Positions 31,194 through 40,321 of a stretch of DNA of 64,000 nucleotides are shown piece by piece. The notes under the pieces are model-generated. The model ran no database searches. It worked only from the letters and a program-made list of their open reading frames with translations, and had not been told where the DNA came from. The position numbers and the translations under genes were made by a program. This DNA is from Nitrosopumilus sp. (GTDB taxonomy: Archaea; Thermoproteota; Nitrososphaeria; Nitrososphaerales; Nitrosopumilaceae): the NCBI GenBank assembly GCA_965219345.1, contig OZ244732.1, positions 224,001 to 288,000 on the forward strand, given 5' to 3'. Numbering within the stretch: the stretch's first letter is position 1; the number at the start of each line of letters is the position of its first letter.

Positions 31194-32330
31194 TTACCTA
31201 TCTGCCTCCACTGGCCAATAATTAAGGCTCCAATAAACTGCTGGCATGTTACCAAGTTTTTCGCCCTTGAGAAGATATGGCAGTGCAATCAGGTTTCTAA
31301 ACGAACCAACACTCAACTTTAATCTGTATGGTTCCGGTTTGGCATCAGAGACAATATAGCAGCCTAAAGAGCCTCTGCCAGATTCCACGCGTTTGTATAC
31401 TGTATCAAACACTTTCCCCTTTGGATTTGGTTTCAGTTTAACCCTAACAGAACCGGACTTTGGCATTCTTTCTAATGCATGTCTAATTATTCTACAACTT
31501 TCCATCATATCAAGCCATGGTACTTTAGATCTTGCATAAGAGTCTCCTTCTTTCATCACAATAGTTTCGAAATCCAGCTCATCATAGACATCATAAGGCT
31601 CCTTCTTTCTTACATCATAATCAATACCACTTGCACGAAGCACAGAACCAGTCGTTCCAAGTTTAATTGCATCTTGTCGTGACAGTACGCCGGTATCTTT
31701 GGTTCTCGAAATTAGAATTGGGTTATCATAAAAGACTGCGGCATATTCTTTGATACGTTTTTCAAAATAGTTGACTTGACGTAGACAAACATCTTCAAAG
31801 TTTGCAGGTAAGTCATTCCTAATTCCGCCAGGAACAAAATGTGAGTGTGTGACTCTGGCACCAGTCATTTTTTCCATCAGATCAATTAGGAGTTCACGAT
31901 CACCTGCAGGCCACATGAACATTGTGGAATGTCCTAAGAAGATTCCATAAATTGCAAGCCAATACATTATGTAAATACATCTGTTTATCTCAGCTCCGAT
32001 AACTCTAAGATACTTTGCACGTTCAGGAACTTCAATGCCAAGAAGTTCTTCAACTCCCAAGACATACGGATACAGTATGTTACATGAGTCATGAATTACT
32101 GGTCTTTCTAAGTGGGGAATGTTTGTGATATAGTTTCTGTATTCTGCCATTTTTTCCTCTCCGCGGTGAACATATCCGGGATCAGGATCACATGCAACAA
32201 TATAGTCACCATCAATTTGTACAATTAGTCTCATATGCCCAGAACCCGGGTGTTGTGGTCCAACATTGAGAGTCATGATTCTCTCGTCGACTTTTTGGAG
32301 TGCTAATCCTGGCGGTAATTCTGCAGTCAT
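31194..32330 (-). CDS. nuoD: Complex I subunit D
   Basis: NVGPQHPGSGH, GYVHRGEEK, C-terminal EADR. Confidence 0.95.
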   Translation of the reverse strand: MTAELPPGLALQKVDERIMTLNVGPQHPGSGHMRLIVQIDGDYIVACDPDPGYVHRGEEKMAEYRNYITNIPHLERPVIHDSCNILYPYVLGVEELLGIEVPERAKYLRVIGAEINRCIYIMYWLAIYGIFLGHSTMFMWPAGDRELLIDLMEKMTGARVTHSHFVPGGIRNDLPANFEDVCLRQVNYFEKRIKEYAAVFYDNPILISRTKDTGVLSRQDAIKLGTTGSVLRASGIDYDVRKKEPYDVYDELDFETIVMKEGDSYARSKVPWLDMMESCRIIRHALERMPKSGSVRVKLKPNPKGKVFDTVYKRVESGRGSLGCYIVSDAKPEPYRLKLSVGSFRNLIALPYLLKGEKLGNMPAVYWSLNYWPVEADR

Positions 32331-32332
32331 CC

Positions 32333-32911
32333 CTATCTTCCTTTTATTGCAAAGTCCTTTCTAAGTGGAGGCAAGTCTGCCCAATCTTCTGGCAAAAGCA
32401 ATCTTCTATTATCAGGATGACCTTCAAAGTAAACGCCAAACATTTCAAAAACTTCCCTTTCATGAAATTCCACGCTATAGAATACATCTCTAAGAGTGGG
32501 AAGTTTGGTTGCATCATTTCCAGGAATTGGATTTTCTTCCCGTTGGGCTCTGGTAGATAAAGCAAGAATTTGTCTTGCTAATGAAGGGTCTGAGTAAGAA
32601 CCTATATGATAAACAACTTCAATTTCTTTGTCTTGTGGATAATCTACGCCTGAAACAGACTCTACATGATCATAGTTTAATGCATCACGAATGAATTCTG
32701 CAACATCATGCACATTTTCACGACTAACATTAATTCCAATTCTGTCTTTTTTTACAAATGCAATTTCAGCTTTATCACCAAATTTTTCAATGATTTTATC
32801 GGAAATGCCCTTCTCAAACTCCGGTAATTCAGCTGATTTTTCTTCTGGTTTTTTTACTACGGGTTTAGCTTCAGGTGTTTCCTCTGTAGGCTTTTCAGAA
32901 TCCGAACTCAT
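32333..32911 (-). CDS. nuoC: Complex I subunit C
   Basis: EREVFEMFGVYFEGHPDNRRLL...PLRKDF. Confidence 0.95.
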   Translation of the reverse strand: MSSDSEKPTEETPEAKPVVKKPEEKSAELPEFEKGISDKIIEKFGDKAEIAFVKKDRIGINVSRENVHDVAEFIRDALNYDHVESVSGVDYPQDKEIEVVYHIGSYSDPSLARQILALSTRAQREENPIPGNDATKLPTLRDVFYSVEFHEREVFEMFGVYFEGHPDNRRLLLPEDWADLPPLRKDFAIKGR

Positions 32912-33145
32912 TATACAAAGTCCTAGTCGTCATACATTTTAGCGTTTATTTGGGATTTTACATATACAAAAGATCGATATTTGGTAAAATCTGTCATTTT
33001 ATCATATATTATAACATAATAGTACCAGATTTCACTATTAAAATTTACTCTAATTAGGAATTATCTAATCTGGAGGGTCAGATTCATTCTAGGTGAGAAT
33101 GGATTCTCAAATGTTACATCTGATCCAAAGATAATTTCAGAATCA

Positions 33146-34036
33146 TTGAATTTAGTAATGAGTGGAATGTCTTACAGAAATATTGCACGACACGTTGAGA
33201 CAGTTCACCAAATCAGGATTATCCATGTATCTGTGAATAACTGGATAAAGAAATACACCGAATTAATCAAAAACTATGTAGGTTCTTTGAATCCTGAATT
33301 AAGTGATGTTTGGTCTTTAGATGAGATGTATCTTAATGTCAAGAACATCAAAAAGACAGGCAAGGGATTTCACGATTGGCTTTGGAGTATCATTGACCCT
33401 AAAACCAGATTCTTGATTGCCACAGAAGTCTCAAAGAAGAGGGAAATTTCAGATGCAAGAAAGATTATTGCTAGTGGCAAGAAGATAGTAACACAGAATC
33501 CAAACTATGTATTGACTGACTGTCTTAATTCCTATCAAGAAGCAATCAGAAAAGAGTTTGAAAACAAGACTGCACACATCAAGACAAAATCACTAAAGGA
33601 TGGATTCGTGAACAGACCTATTGAAAGATACCATAATGAGATAAGAGAAAGACTCAAAGCTAGACGTGGATTGGGAAATGATGAATCAGCACAGACATTC
33701 TCAGAGTTATTAAAAATCAATCACAACTTTGTCAAACCTCATGAAGGATTAGATGGTAAAACACCAGCTCAATCAGCAGGAATTAATCTTGATCTTGGTG
33801 AAAACAAGTATCTTGATTTGATAAAATTGTCTGGATCTAAAGTGAACTTTGTAAACAATCTAGGGAAGCGAATCAAGAAGGTTATAATAATCAATGAAGG
33901 TGATTCAATCAGAATTTCACCTAGAGATTGGATTGACAAGCAGATTTGGAGAGAGATTAACGACATTTTGAAACTGCATCAATTCAGCTGGCTCTCAAAT
34001 GGAAAAGATAGTTGTTGGCTTAAGATGAACTCTTAA
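33146..34036 (+). CDS. IS6-like DDE transposase/integrase (probably 5'-truncated)
   Basis: HTH (GMSYRNIA...WIKKY), WSLDE, WLW.IID.KTRFL, LTD, N.PIERYH.EIRER, HN..KPH.GL.GKTPA. Confidence 0.85.
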   Translation: MNLVMSGMSYRNIARHVETVHQIRIIHVSVNNWIKKYTELIKNYVGSLNPELSDVWSLDEMYLNVKNIKKTGKGFHDWLWSIIDPKTRFLIATEVSKKREISDARKIIASGKKIVTQNPNYVLTDCLNSYQEAIRKEFENKTAHIKTKSLKDGFVNRPIERYHNEIRERLKARRGLGNDESAQTFSELLKINHNFVKPHEGLDGKTPAQSAGINLDLGENKYLDLIKLSGSKVNFVNNLGKRIKKVIIINEGDSIRISPRDWIDKQIWREINDILKLHQFSWLSNGKDSCWLKMNS

Positions 34037-34235
34037 TTCTGTTGTTAAAATACAGCGCCCAGCTAATAATCTGTGCAATTGTGCCAATTACAATTAATCC
34101 GAGACCAAACCGTACTCCAACATCACTAGAAACAGATGCTAAAACATCCAGGTATGATGATCCAAGATAGAGAATAACCCCAAGAAAAATAACTGCCAAA
34201 GTCTTACTCTCTGGAATTTCAGGAATCTTCACCAT
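34020..34235 (-). CDS. Small two-TM membrane protein
   Basis: 71 aa with two hydrophobic segments. Confidence 0.55.
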   Translation of the reverse strand: MVKIPEIPESKTLAVIFLGVILYLGSSYLDVLASVSSDVGVRFGLGLIVIGTIAQIISWALYFNNRIKSSS

Positions 34236-34268
34236 GGTTTATTTGCTATCATACCATGCTTAATATCC

Positions 34269-34378
34269 ATGTCCCTAAATGAACACTTTACCTAAATGTC
34301 CCGAGTTTGGAACAGTGTACAAAACAAGACACCGTTCAATATACGGAACATTTGAGAACAGTGTTCAATTAGGGACAT
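34269..34378. repeat. 110-bp imperfect palindrome built from TGTYCC...GAACA units
   Basis: ATGTCCCTAAATGAACACT (34269-34287) matches the reverse complement of 34360-34378 at 18/19; inner arms are also related. Confidence 0.75.
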
Positions 34379-34530
34379 AAAATGTTAAATTTATTACTTT
34401 GGTCAAAACTAGGCGGATTTTCAACTGATGGTAAGTTCGGATGATTGGTGTTAAGTTAGGGTGGTCACTAGACGTGTGTGGCTAGTGTGAATTCTACAGA
34501 GTGGTAGTTATCGAGTGTTAAATTGTTAAG

Positions 34531-34824
34531 TTAGTGTACTGTAGGTTTGCACTTGCTACATGGCTTAGCATTTGGATACTTGATCATTATTTCTTTGATG
34601 GTATCATAATGCCAATATTGTTGTTTGTTTTTGTTACCAAGATTCATTTCACCAACAGTGCCATATCTTTCTTGATGTAGACGTTGTAAATTCTTACATG
34701 AAGTAAAATGAATTTTGGTTTTCTTTTCTATAGATTTTTTGGGCATGTGTATGACAATAAACCCTTTCATCTTCTTGTATGCGGTTTTAAGATCGCCACC
34801 TGTTAATAATTCCTCTTTTGGCAT
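34531..34824 (-). CDS. Small basic protein with putative Zn-binding H..C / CxxC motif
   Basis: KIHFTSC...PCSKCKP. Confidence 0.6.
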   Translation of the reverse strand: MPKEELLTGGDLKTAYKKMKGFIVIHMPKKSIEKKTKIHFTSCKNLQRLHQERYGTVGEMNLGNKNKQQYWHYDTIKEIMIKYPNAKPCSKCKPTVH

Positions 34825-35048
34825 GTTATGGGTTAAACCAAGCTATAAAAAAATCAGGCGATCAGCTTAAACCAGCAACTATCTTTCCCATTGGATAACC
34901 AGCCAAACTATAAGGTCTTTGAATATCGGTTCTGTAAAGTCTAGGGTTGCTTTTTTTCTGTAAAGATCGGTTGTTATTCAACTTATAATATGAAGTTTAA
35001 ATTAACATATGAATTCAATCAAAACACTCAAAGATATTTTATATTATG

Positions 35049-36034
35049 CTATGATCTTGACGAACACATTTTATCATAATCAGCACGTTCAAAAACAAGA
35101 TCATGTGAAAGAACTCATTTATATGCAGTTCCATTGAGAAGGTATGGTTTATCATGGCCTTCTTTGACTTGAACAACAACTATTATTCCATCATCAGTTG
35201 AAACATGCTAAAAATTAAAATCAATAAGAGGTTTACAATGATGTTCAATTAGGTGTTGGATTCTTGTATCTAATGATTTTAGTTCCTCATTTTTTATTCC
35301 AATTGTGGTTTGATTATCATAAACACCTAATAAGATTGAACGCCCTTTGTGTTTGCAAAAGATACAATACTTTCTAAAAAATCATTAGGCTTTTTGCCAA
35401 TTTCTACTTTAAATTCAACTTGTTCATTTTCTCCCTTTGCAATCATTTCAACAACATTTTCTTTGGATGTTCTTATTTGTACGCCATCATATCTATCACT
35501 ATGCCATCTGCCAAAAGATTTTAGATCAAGTATGTCGTTAGACGATTTTTCAATAAGATAACAATCAATTGTATCTGGAACAACAGAAACTTCTATCTCA
35601 CACATATTTTCTCTATTTAACTCTAAATTCTTGGAATTAAAGAATTGTTTTTTATTATTTGTGAAAAAAGTTTTCACGACTAACTCATCCGAAGAAATTT
35701 CTCGAGTTTCTATCTACATGATAATCTTATTTTTAGAAGTTATCATAGTTTTGATTTTTACCCTATAATCTGGTAGAAAAATTGCTAATTGTAATGGTGT
35801 ATTTTGAGGTGTAATGATTTCTGTTTCCATGAATGCAGAGATTGCATTATTTACACTAGGAAAAGCTAGCAGATTGCTATTTTTGACACATTCTACATCA
35901 TTTTCTTCAATGTTTGGGAAAAATAAATGTCCAATGCTGCTATTTGCACAATTGTTAAGCAACATAATGAGAATATCTGTATCAGATGAGAAAACCCTAA
36001 GTGTAGATTTTTCGGGAGCATATTTGAATCTCAA
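35049..36034 (-). pseudogene. Decayed gene with a C-terminal Schlafen/AlbA_2 domain
   Basis: GENEQVEFK...IVSFANTKG, then after a frameshift ILLGVYD...CKP...VQVKEGHDKPYLLNG with in-frame stops; 35714-36034 is a probable upstream piece. Confidence 0.75.
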
Positions 36035-36231
36035 CTTTAAGGATAAAGTTGCCAGTCAATGGCATGATAAAATAACAGAAATTTTAAAATAAGATTTTCA
36101 GACACGTCTTAAATTAAATTTAGGTTTCAGATTGAAACCACTTCGAAAATTAAGATTCTTTTCTGAAACAAGTCTTTCATAAATTATGTTCTTTAGAAAT
36201 TATAAAACAATAGTATGTTGTAATAATTACA

Positions 36232-36945
36232 ATGATAAACAAAACAATTATCATTCCCGATATCCACAATGATTATCTCACAGCAGAAAAAATAATCAAA
36301 AAGGAAAATCCATACAAAATAATATTTCTAGGAGATTATTTTGATGACTTTGATGATACAGTACAAGATGCAATAAACACTGCAAAATGGCTTAAAGAAT
36401 CACTAAAACAAGAAAATAGAGTGCATCTGATTGGAAATCATGACCTGAGTTACATGACGGATAACCCTAATCTCAAATGTATGGGATATAGAACTGACAA
36501 ACACAAAGCAATCAAAAAGCATTCTATTGACTGGACCAAACTCAAAATGCATTATTTCATTGATGAGAAATGGTTGTGTACACATGCAGGATTTTCAAAT
36601 GATTTTCTCAAGCAACAACATACAAAAAAATCAGATTCAGTACAAAAAGTGTTAGATTACTCAAAAAAAGATTTAGAGAAAATTGATGATGAAAATTATA
36701 CTCATTCATTCTTTCAAGTAGGATTTATTCGTGGAGGCTCAAATGTAGTGGGCGGTCCTTTATGGTGCGATTATGGTGAATTTGTGGATGTTCCAAGAAT
36801 AAATCAAATTTTTGGACATACTCCAAATCATGTTGTTCGTCATCGTAAAACTAAGAATTCTGAGCATTATTGCATAGATACAAAATTGAGACATTATGTA
36901 GTATATCAAAACGGGATGATGCTCATGAAAGAACAATCAGGATGA
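36232..36945 (+). CDS. Calcineurin-like metallophosphoesterase
   Basis: All five motifs present: DIH, GDYFD, GNHD, HAG, GHT. Confidence 0.9.
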   Translation: MINKTIIIPDIHNDYLTAEKIIKKENPYKIIFLGDYFDDFDDTVQDAINTAKWLKESLKQENRVHLIGNHDLSYMTDNPNLKCMGYRTDKHKAIKKHSIDWTKLKMHYFIDEKWLCTHAGFSNDFLKQQHTKKSDSVQKVLDYSKKDLEKIDDENYTHSFFQVGFIRGGSNVVGGPLWCDYGEFVDVPRINQIFGHTPNHVVRHRKTKNSEHYCIDTKLRHYVVYQNGMMLMKEQSG

Positions 36946-37287
36946 GTTAATGAGAAAACTGTAATTGTCACCATGTTGTCAATAACAAAGAAATACAAAT
37001 CTGCCAAGATTTGATCACAGAAGAGTGTTGAAGCAATCACATGAATCTCTATGAGAGTTTCAAATTAATAATGTGGGACTCTGAGGGCATACAATTATTT
37101 GCTGTAAAATAATTTCAAACAAATCTCTCAAGAGAGATCATAGGAGTGTTCAAATCTCAAATGTACCAAAACAAATCTGTGAGAAAGATTTAGTCGTTAT
37201 AGCACTGCAATCGGGATCAAATTTTAAAAAAACAATGGAAATAATGTCATCACATTTACTTATAAAATTGAGAATCAAATCTAGAGT

Positions 37288-38784
37288 ATGAGTAATAGTA
37301 AGAAAGGAGGGGTTGTAATTAACAACGAACTAACTGATCCTTTAGGGGATTTTGTGATAGACTATCTCCTGGCACAAACAAAGGAGACAACTTATCATGA
37401 TTTTAAAGCGACACTTGACACGAGTAAAAATTCCAATGACATTTCCAAAATCATGAAAGACGTGTATGGGTTTTCAAACGCTGGTGGGGGTTTTCTTGTT
37501 TTAGGAGTACATGAAAACGATCATCTTACTGAAGACATCAAAGGCACATTTGCAAAACTTGGCCTTCCAGACGATTTTAAAATAGATCAAGCAACACTGC
37601 AAGAAAAAATCAATTCACATCTTGGAGACACTCCACTAAGTATAGGTTTTACAGAGTTTACAAGAAAGTTTTATGGCAAGGAGAGAAGATTTGCATTGGT
37701 GTATATTCCACCGTCTCCAAAAATACTAATTACTTCAAAAGATAGAATATACAAAGAGGGAGAGAAGGAGAAAACGGCCTATCACAAAGATACGATTTAC
37801 ACTAGAAGAGGCACTCAAAGCATTCCTGCACGGGAATATGAAATTGAGCAAATCAAAGAACGGATAAAAAATGAAAAATACAGACTGTCCATAATTAGCG
37901 GAGAGCCTGACGATGTAAAAGAAACTCTTTACAGCAATATATTCAAAGTCAAAAGTTTACCATCTACAGTTTATGTCGGAATTGCAAAATATTCTTCATT
38001 TAGTGAAACAATTAATGCATTAAGGGAAAAACATCCTGATGATAGACACTTTGATTTGCGATATATGTCATATGAAGATAAGATAGTATCTTTCCAAAAT
38101 CTGGAAAATCAAAGTAATATCAATCATGAATTAGTTGAAGAAGGTAGTGTTCATAAGGAATCTCTTGACAAATGGCTAGATGATGAAAACAGAGGGAAAA
38201 TTATCATTGCTCTTCTAAACAAGGAAGTAAATGCACATGCATTACGACAGAGAATGCATCAAGATGATAAAAGAAGGTTGTTTTATCCGGCATCAGCAGA
38301 CTATCGTTCTGAATCATGGCCAACTAGATACAAAGGGATTCAGAAAAAACAAGTGGCTAAATTAATATGGGCAGAACAACTAAAACACAAAGTCTATGCA
38401 CATGCAGCAATAAGACTCACAATTACAAAACTTCATGAACAATTTTACTTGAGAATAAACCTAACAATGGTAATTACAGATGATGGAAGACATGTTTCAA
38501 AAGATTCTAGATCAGGAACAATAATTACAAGAAGTTCTTATAACAAGTACAACAACAGTTATCTTAACAACATTCTATTTTGGATAAGCAAACTTGGCGA
38601 TGGTAAAGATCTTTTCATAGTACGAGATTTTGTTATCTCAAATGAACCAGTTCAAATCAACATAAACACAGGAATCAATTGGGACATTCCAACATCAGAT
38701 CTGAAAAGATTCATCGAAGAGTATGATGCAGAAGGAGAGGAAGAAGATGAAGAACCAGAAGAGGGGGACCAATATGACCTCTAA
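37288..38784 (+). CDS. Schlafen/AlbA_2-APAZ fusion protein (short-pAgo partner/effector)
   Basis: N-terminal KETTYHDFK...KDVYGFSNAGGGFLVLGV...YTRRGTQS (AlbA_2); C-terminal KETLYSNIFKVKSLP...HAAI...ITDDG...YNNSYLNNILFWISKL (APAZ pattern); overlaps the pAgo start. Confidence 0.82.
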   Translation: MSNSKKGGVVINNELTDPLGDFVIDYLLAQTKETTYHDFKATLDTSKNSNDISKIMKDVYGFSNAGGGFLVLGVHENDHLTEDIKGTFAKLGLPDDFKIDQATLQEKINSHLGDTPLSIGFTEFTRKFYGKERRFALVYIPPSPKILITSKDRIYKEGEKEKTAYHKDTIYTRRGTQSIPAREYEIEQIKERIKNEKYRLSIISGEPDDVKETLYSNIFKVKSLPSTVYVGIAKYSSFSETINALREKHPDDRHFDLRYMSYEDKIVSFQNLENQSNINHELVEEGSVHKESLDKWLDDENRGKIIIALLNKEVNAHALRQRMHQDDKRRLFYPASADYRSESWPTRYKGIQKKQVAKLIWAEQLKHKVYAHAAIRLTITKLHEQFYLRINLTMVITDDGRHVSKDSRSGTIITRSSYNKYNNSYLNNILFWISKLGDGKDLFIVRDFVISNEPVQININTGINWDIPTSDLKRFIEEYDAEGEEEDEEPEEGDQYDL

Positions 38785-40321
38785 TTTTGAGACAACGTAC
38801 ATAGCAGAGCCTGATTTGGTGTTTGGAAATAAAGGAGAAGACAAGGATCCTAGATTAGGTCTAAAATATCACGGCCCATACTTTTACTCTACTGAAGATT
38901 CGCCTTTGGAAAGTGTGCGCATAGGAATAATTGGCAATAGTGAATGTACAGAAATGGCAGAAAAAATCATCAAATTAATTCAAGATCCTGTAAAAAGTCC
39001 AAAACCAAACCATTGGTTGTTTCCAGATTATCCTGGAATGAATAAGGATAGTCCATTTAGATGTAATCTAATTGCAGATCCTAACTGGAATGCCTCTCTA
39101 TCCGATGACTATGATCTAAGCAAAATAGAAAAAACCATGACAAACATGAATGAAAGAATTGCATACGGTGTAAATCTGTATGCAGACAAAGTTGAACAAA
39201 TCAAAAGTGGAGACAACATACCAAATGTAATTATTTGTACACTTCCAAAAATCGTGGAAAAATATTGTGGAATATCCGAATTTACTCGAGGTGCAAAGAA
39301 AATTATGTTGACAAAATTAGAAAAAGACATCATGGTAATGAAAGAAAAAGGACAGTCCTTTCTTACTGAATGGGGAGTGGAAGTAGCAGAAGATAAAAAA
39401 ATTAAGGAGAAAAGTTATGACTTTAGAAACTCACTAAAAGGTAAAGTGATGAAGCATGGAATCCCAATACAAATTATTAAAGAAAGTACAATGCATCAGA
39501 TTTTAAATTATGCATCATTGAGAAAAATTCAAAAAGAAAATCCAGCTGCATTTAGTTGGAATTTTAGTACTGCACTATACTACAAGGCAAATGGAAAGCC
39601 TTGGAGATTAGCAAAACTACGACAAGACACTTGTTATGTTGGAATATCATTTTTTGTAGATAAACTTCATCCCAAAAAAGAAATTCAAATTTCTATGGCA
39701 CAAGTGTTCACACATAATGGTGAAGGCCTTGTACTTCGAGGCTCGGAAGTGGAAATAAATGAACATATAAGGCAACCATGTTTGAAAAAGGAGCAAGCAA
39801 ATTCTTTGATGAAGCGTGCATTAGCAAAATACATTAAAAAAACAAAGAGCAATCCATCCAAAGTTGTAATTCACAAGTCATCTACATTTTCTCAAGATGA
39901 ACAAGATGGATTCAACGATGCAATCTATGAGTTAGGTAATGTGCAAAAGGATTTTGTTGCAGTTAGATCTACGTATTCTTGGGTTAACTTTTTGCGTCTA
40001 GGAAGTTTCCCGGTTCTCAGAGGAACCATGATTGACATTGACAAGAATGAATTCTTACTGTATACATCTGGATATTCACCTAGAATTCGTTCCTACGCAG
40101 GACATCGAGTTCCAAATCCACTTAGAATAATCCACATAGGGGATTCTAGTAAAGTAGAAGTTGCAACAGAGATTCTAGGTTTGACCAAACTTAACTGGAA
40201 CACCACTTCATTTTCCACACACTCGCCCATTACCATTAGATTTGCAGAAGGAGTTGGAAGAATCTTATCCGAGTTAAAAGATGATAAAGATTTACAGGAT
40301 CATTATAGGTTTTTCATGTGA
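38774..40321 (+). CDS. Short prokaryotic Argonaute (MID-PIWI, catalytically inactive)
   Basis: EPDLVFG...DPRLGL..HGP; MID R-x3-K...Q...YYKA.GKPW; PIWI CYVGISF and VVIHKS lack the catalytic Asp residues; EILGLTKLNWN...PITIRFA; start ATG 38774 after GAGGGGGA. Confidence 0.93.
   Translation: MTSNFETTYIAEPDLVFGNKGEDKDPRLGLKYHGPYFYSTEDSPLESVRIGIIGNSECTEMAEKIIKLIQDPVKSPKPNHWLFPDYPGMNKDSPFRCNLIADPNWNASLSDDYDLSKIEKTMTNMNERIAYGVNLYADKVEQIKSGDNIPNVIICTLPKIVEKYCGISEFTRGAKKIMLTKLEKDIMVMKEKGQSFLTEWGVEVAEDKKIKEKSYDFRNSLKGKVMKHGIPIQIIKESTMHQILNYASLRKIQKENPAAFSWNFSTALYYKANGKPWRLAKLRQDTCYVGISFFVDKLHPKKEIQISMAQVFTHNGEGLVLRGSEVEINEHIRQPCLKKEQANSLMKRALAKYIKKTKSNPSKVVIHKSSTFSQDEQDGFNDAIYELGNVQKDFVAVRSTYSWVNFLRLGSFPVLRGTMIDIDKNEFLLYTSGYSPRIRSYAGHRVPNPLRIIHIGDSSKVEVATEILGLTKLNWNTTSFSTHSPITIRFAEGVGRILSELKDDKDLQDHYRFFM

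Noticed and set aside
38723-38773. Longer pAgo start given by the ORF track
   Set aside because: It overlaps the acidic tail of the APAZ gene; ATG 38774 has an upstream SD-like sequence and matches where short-pAgo homology begins.
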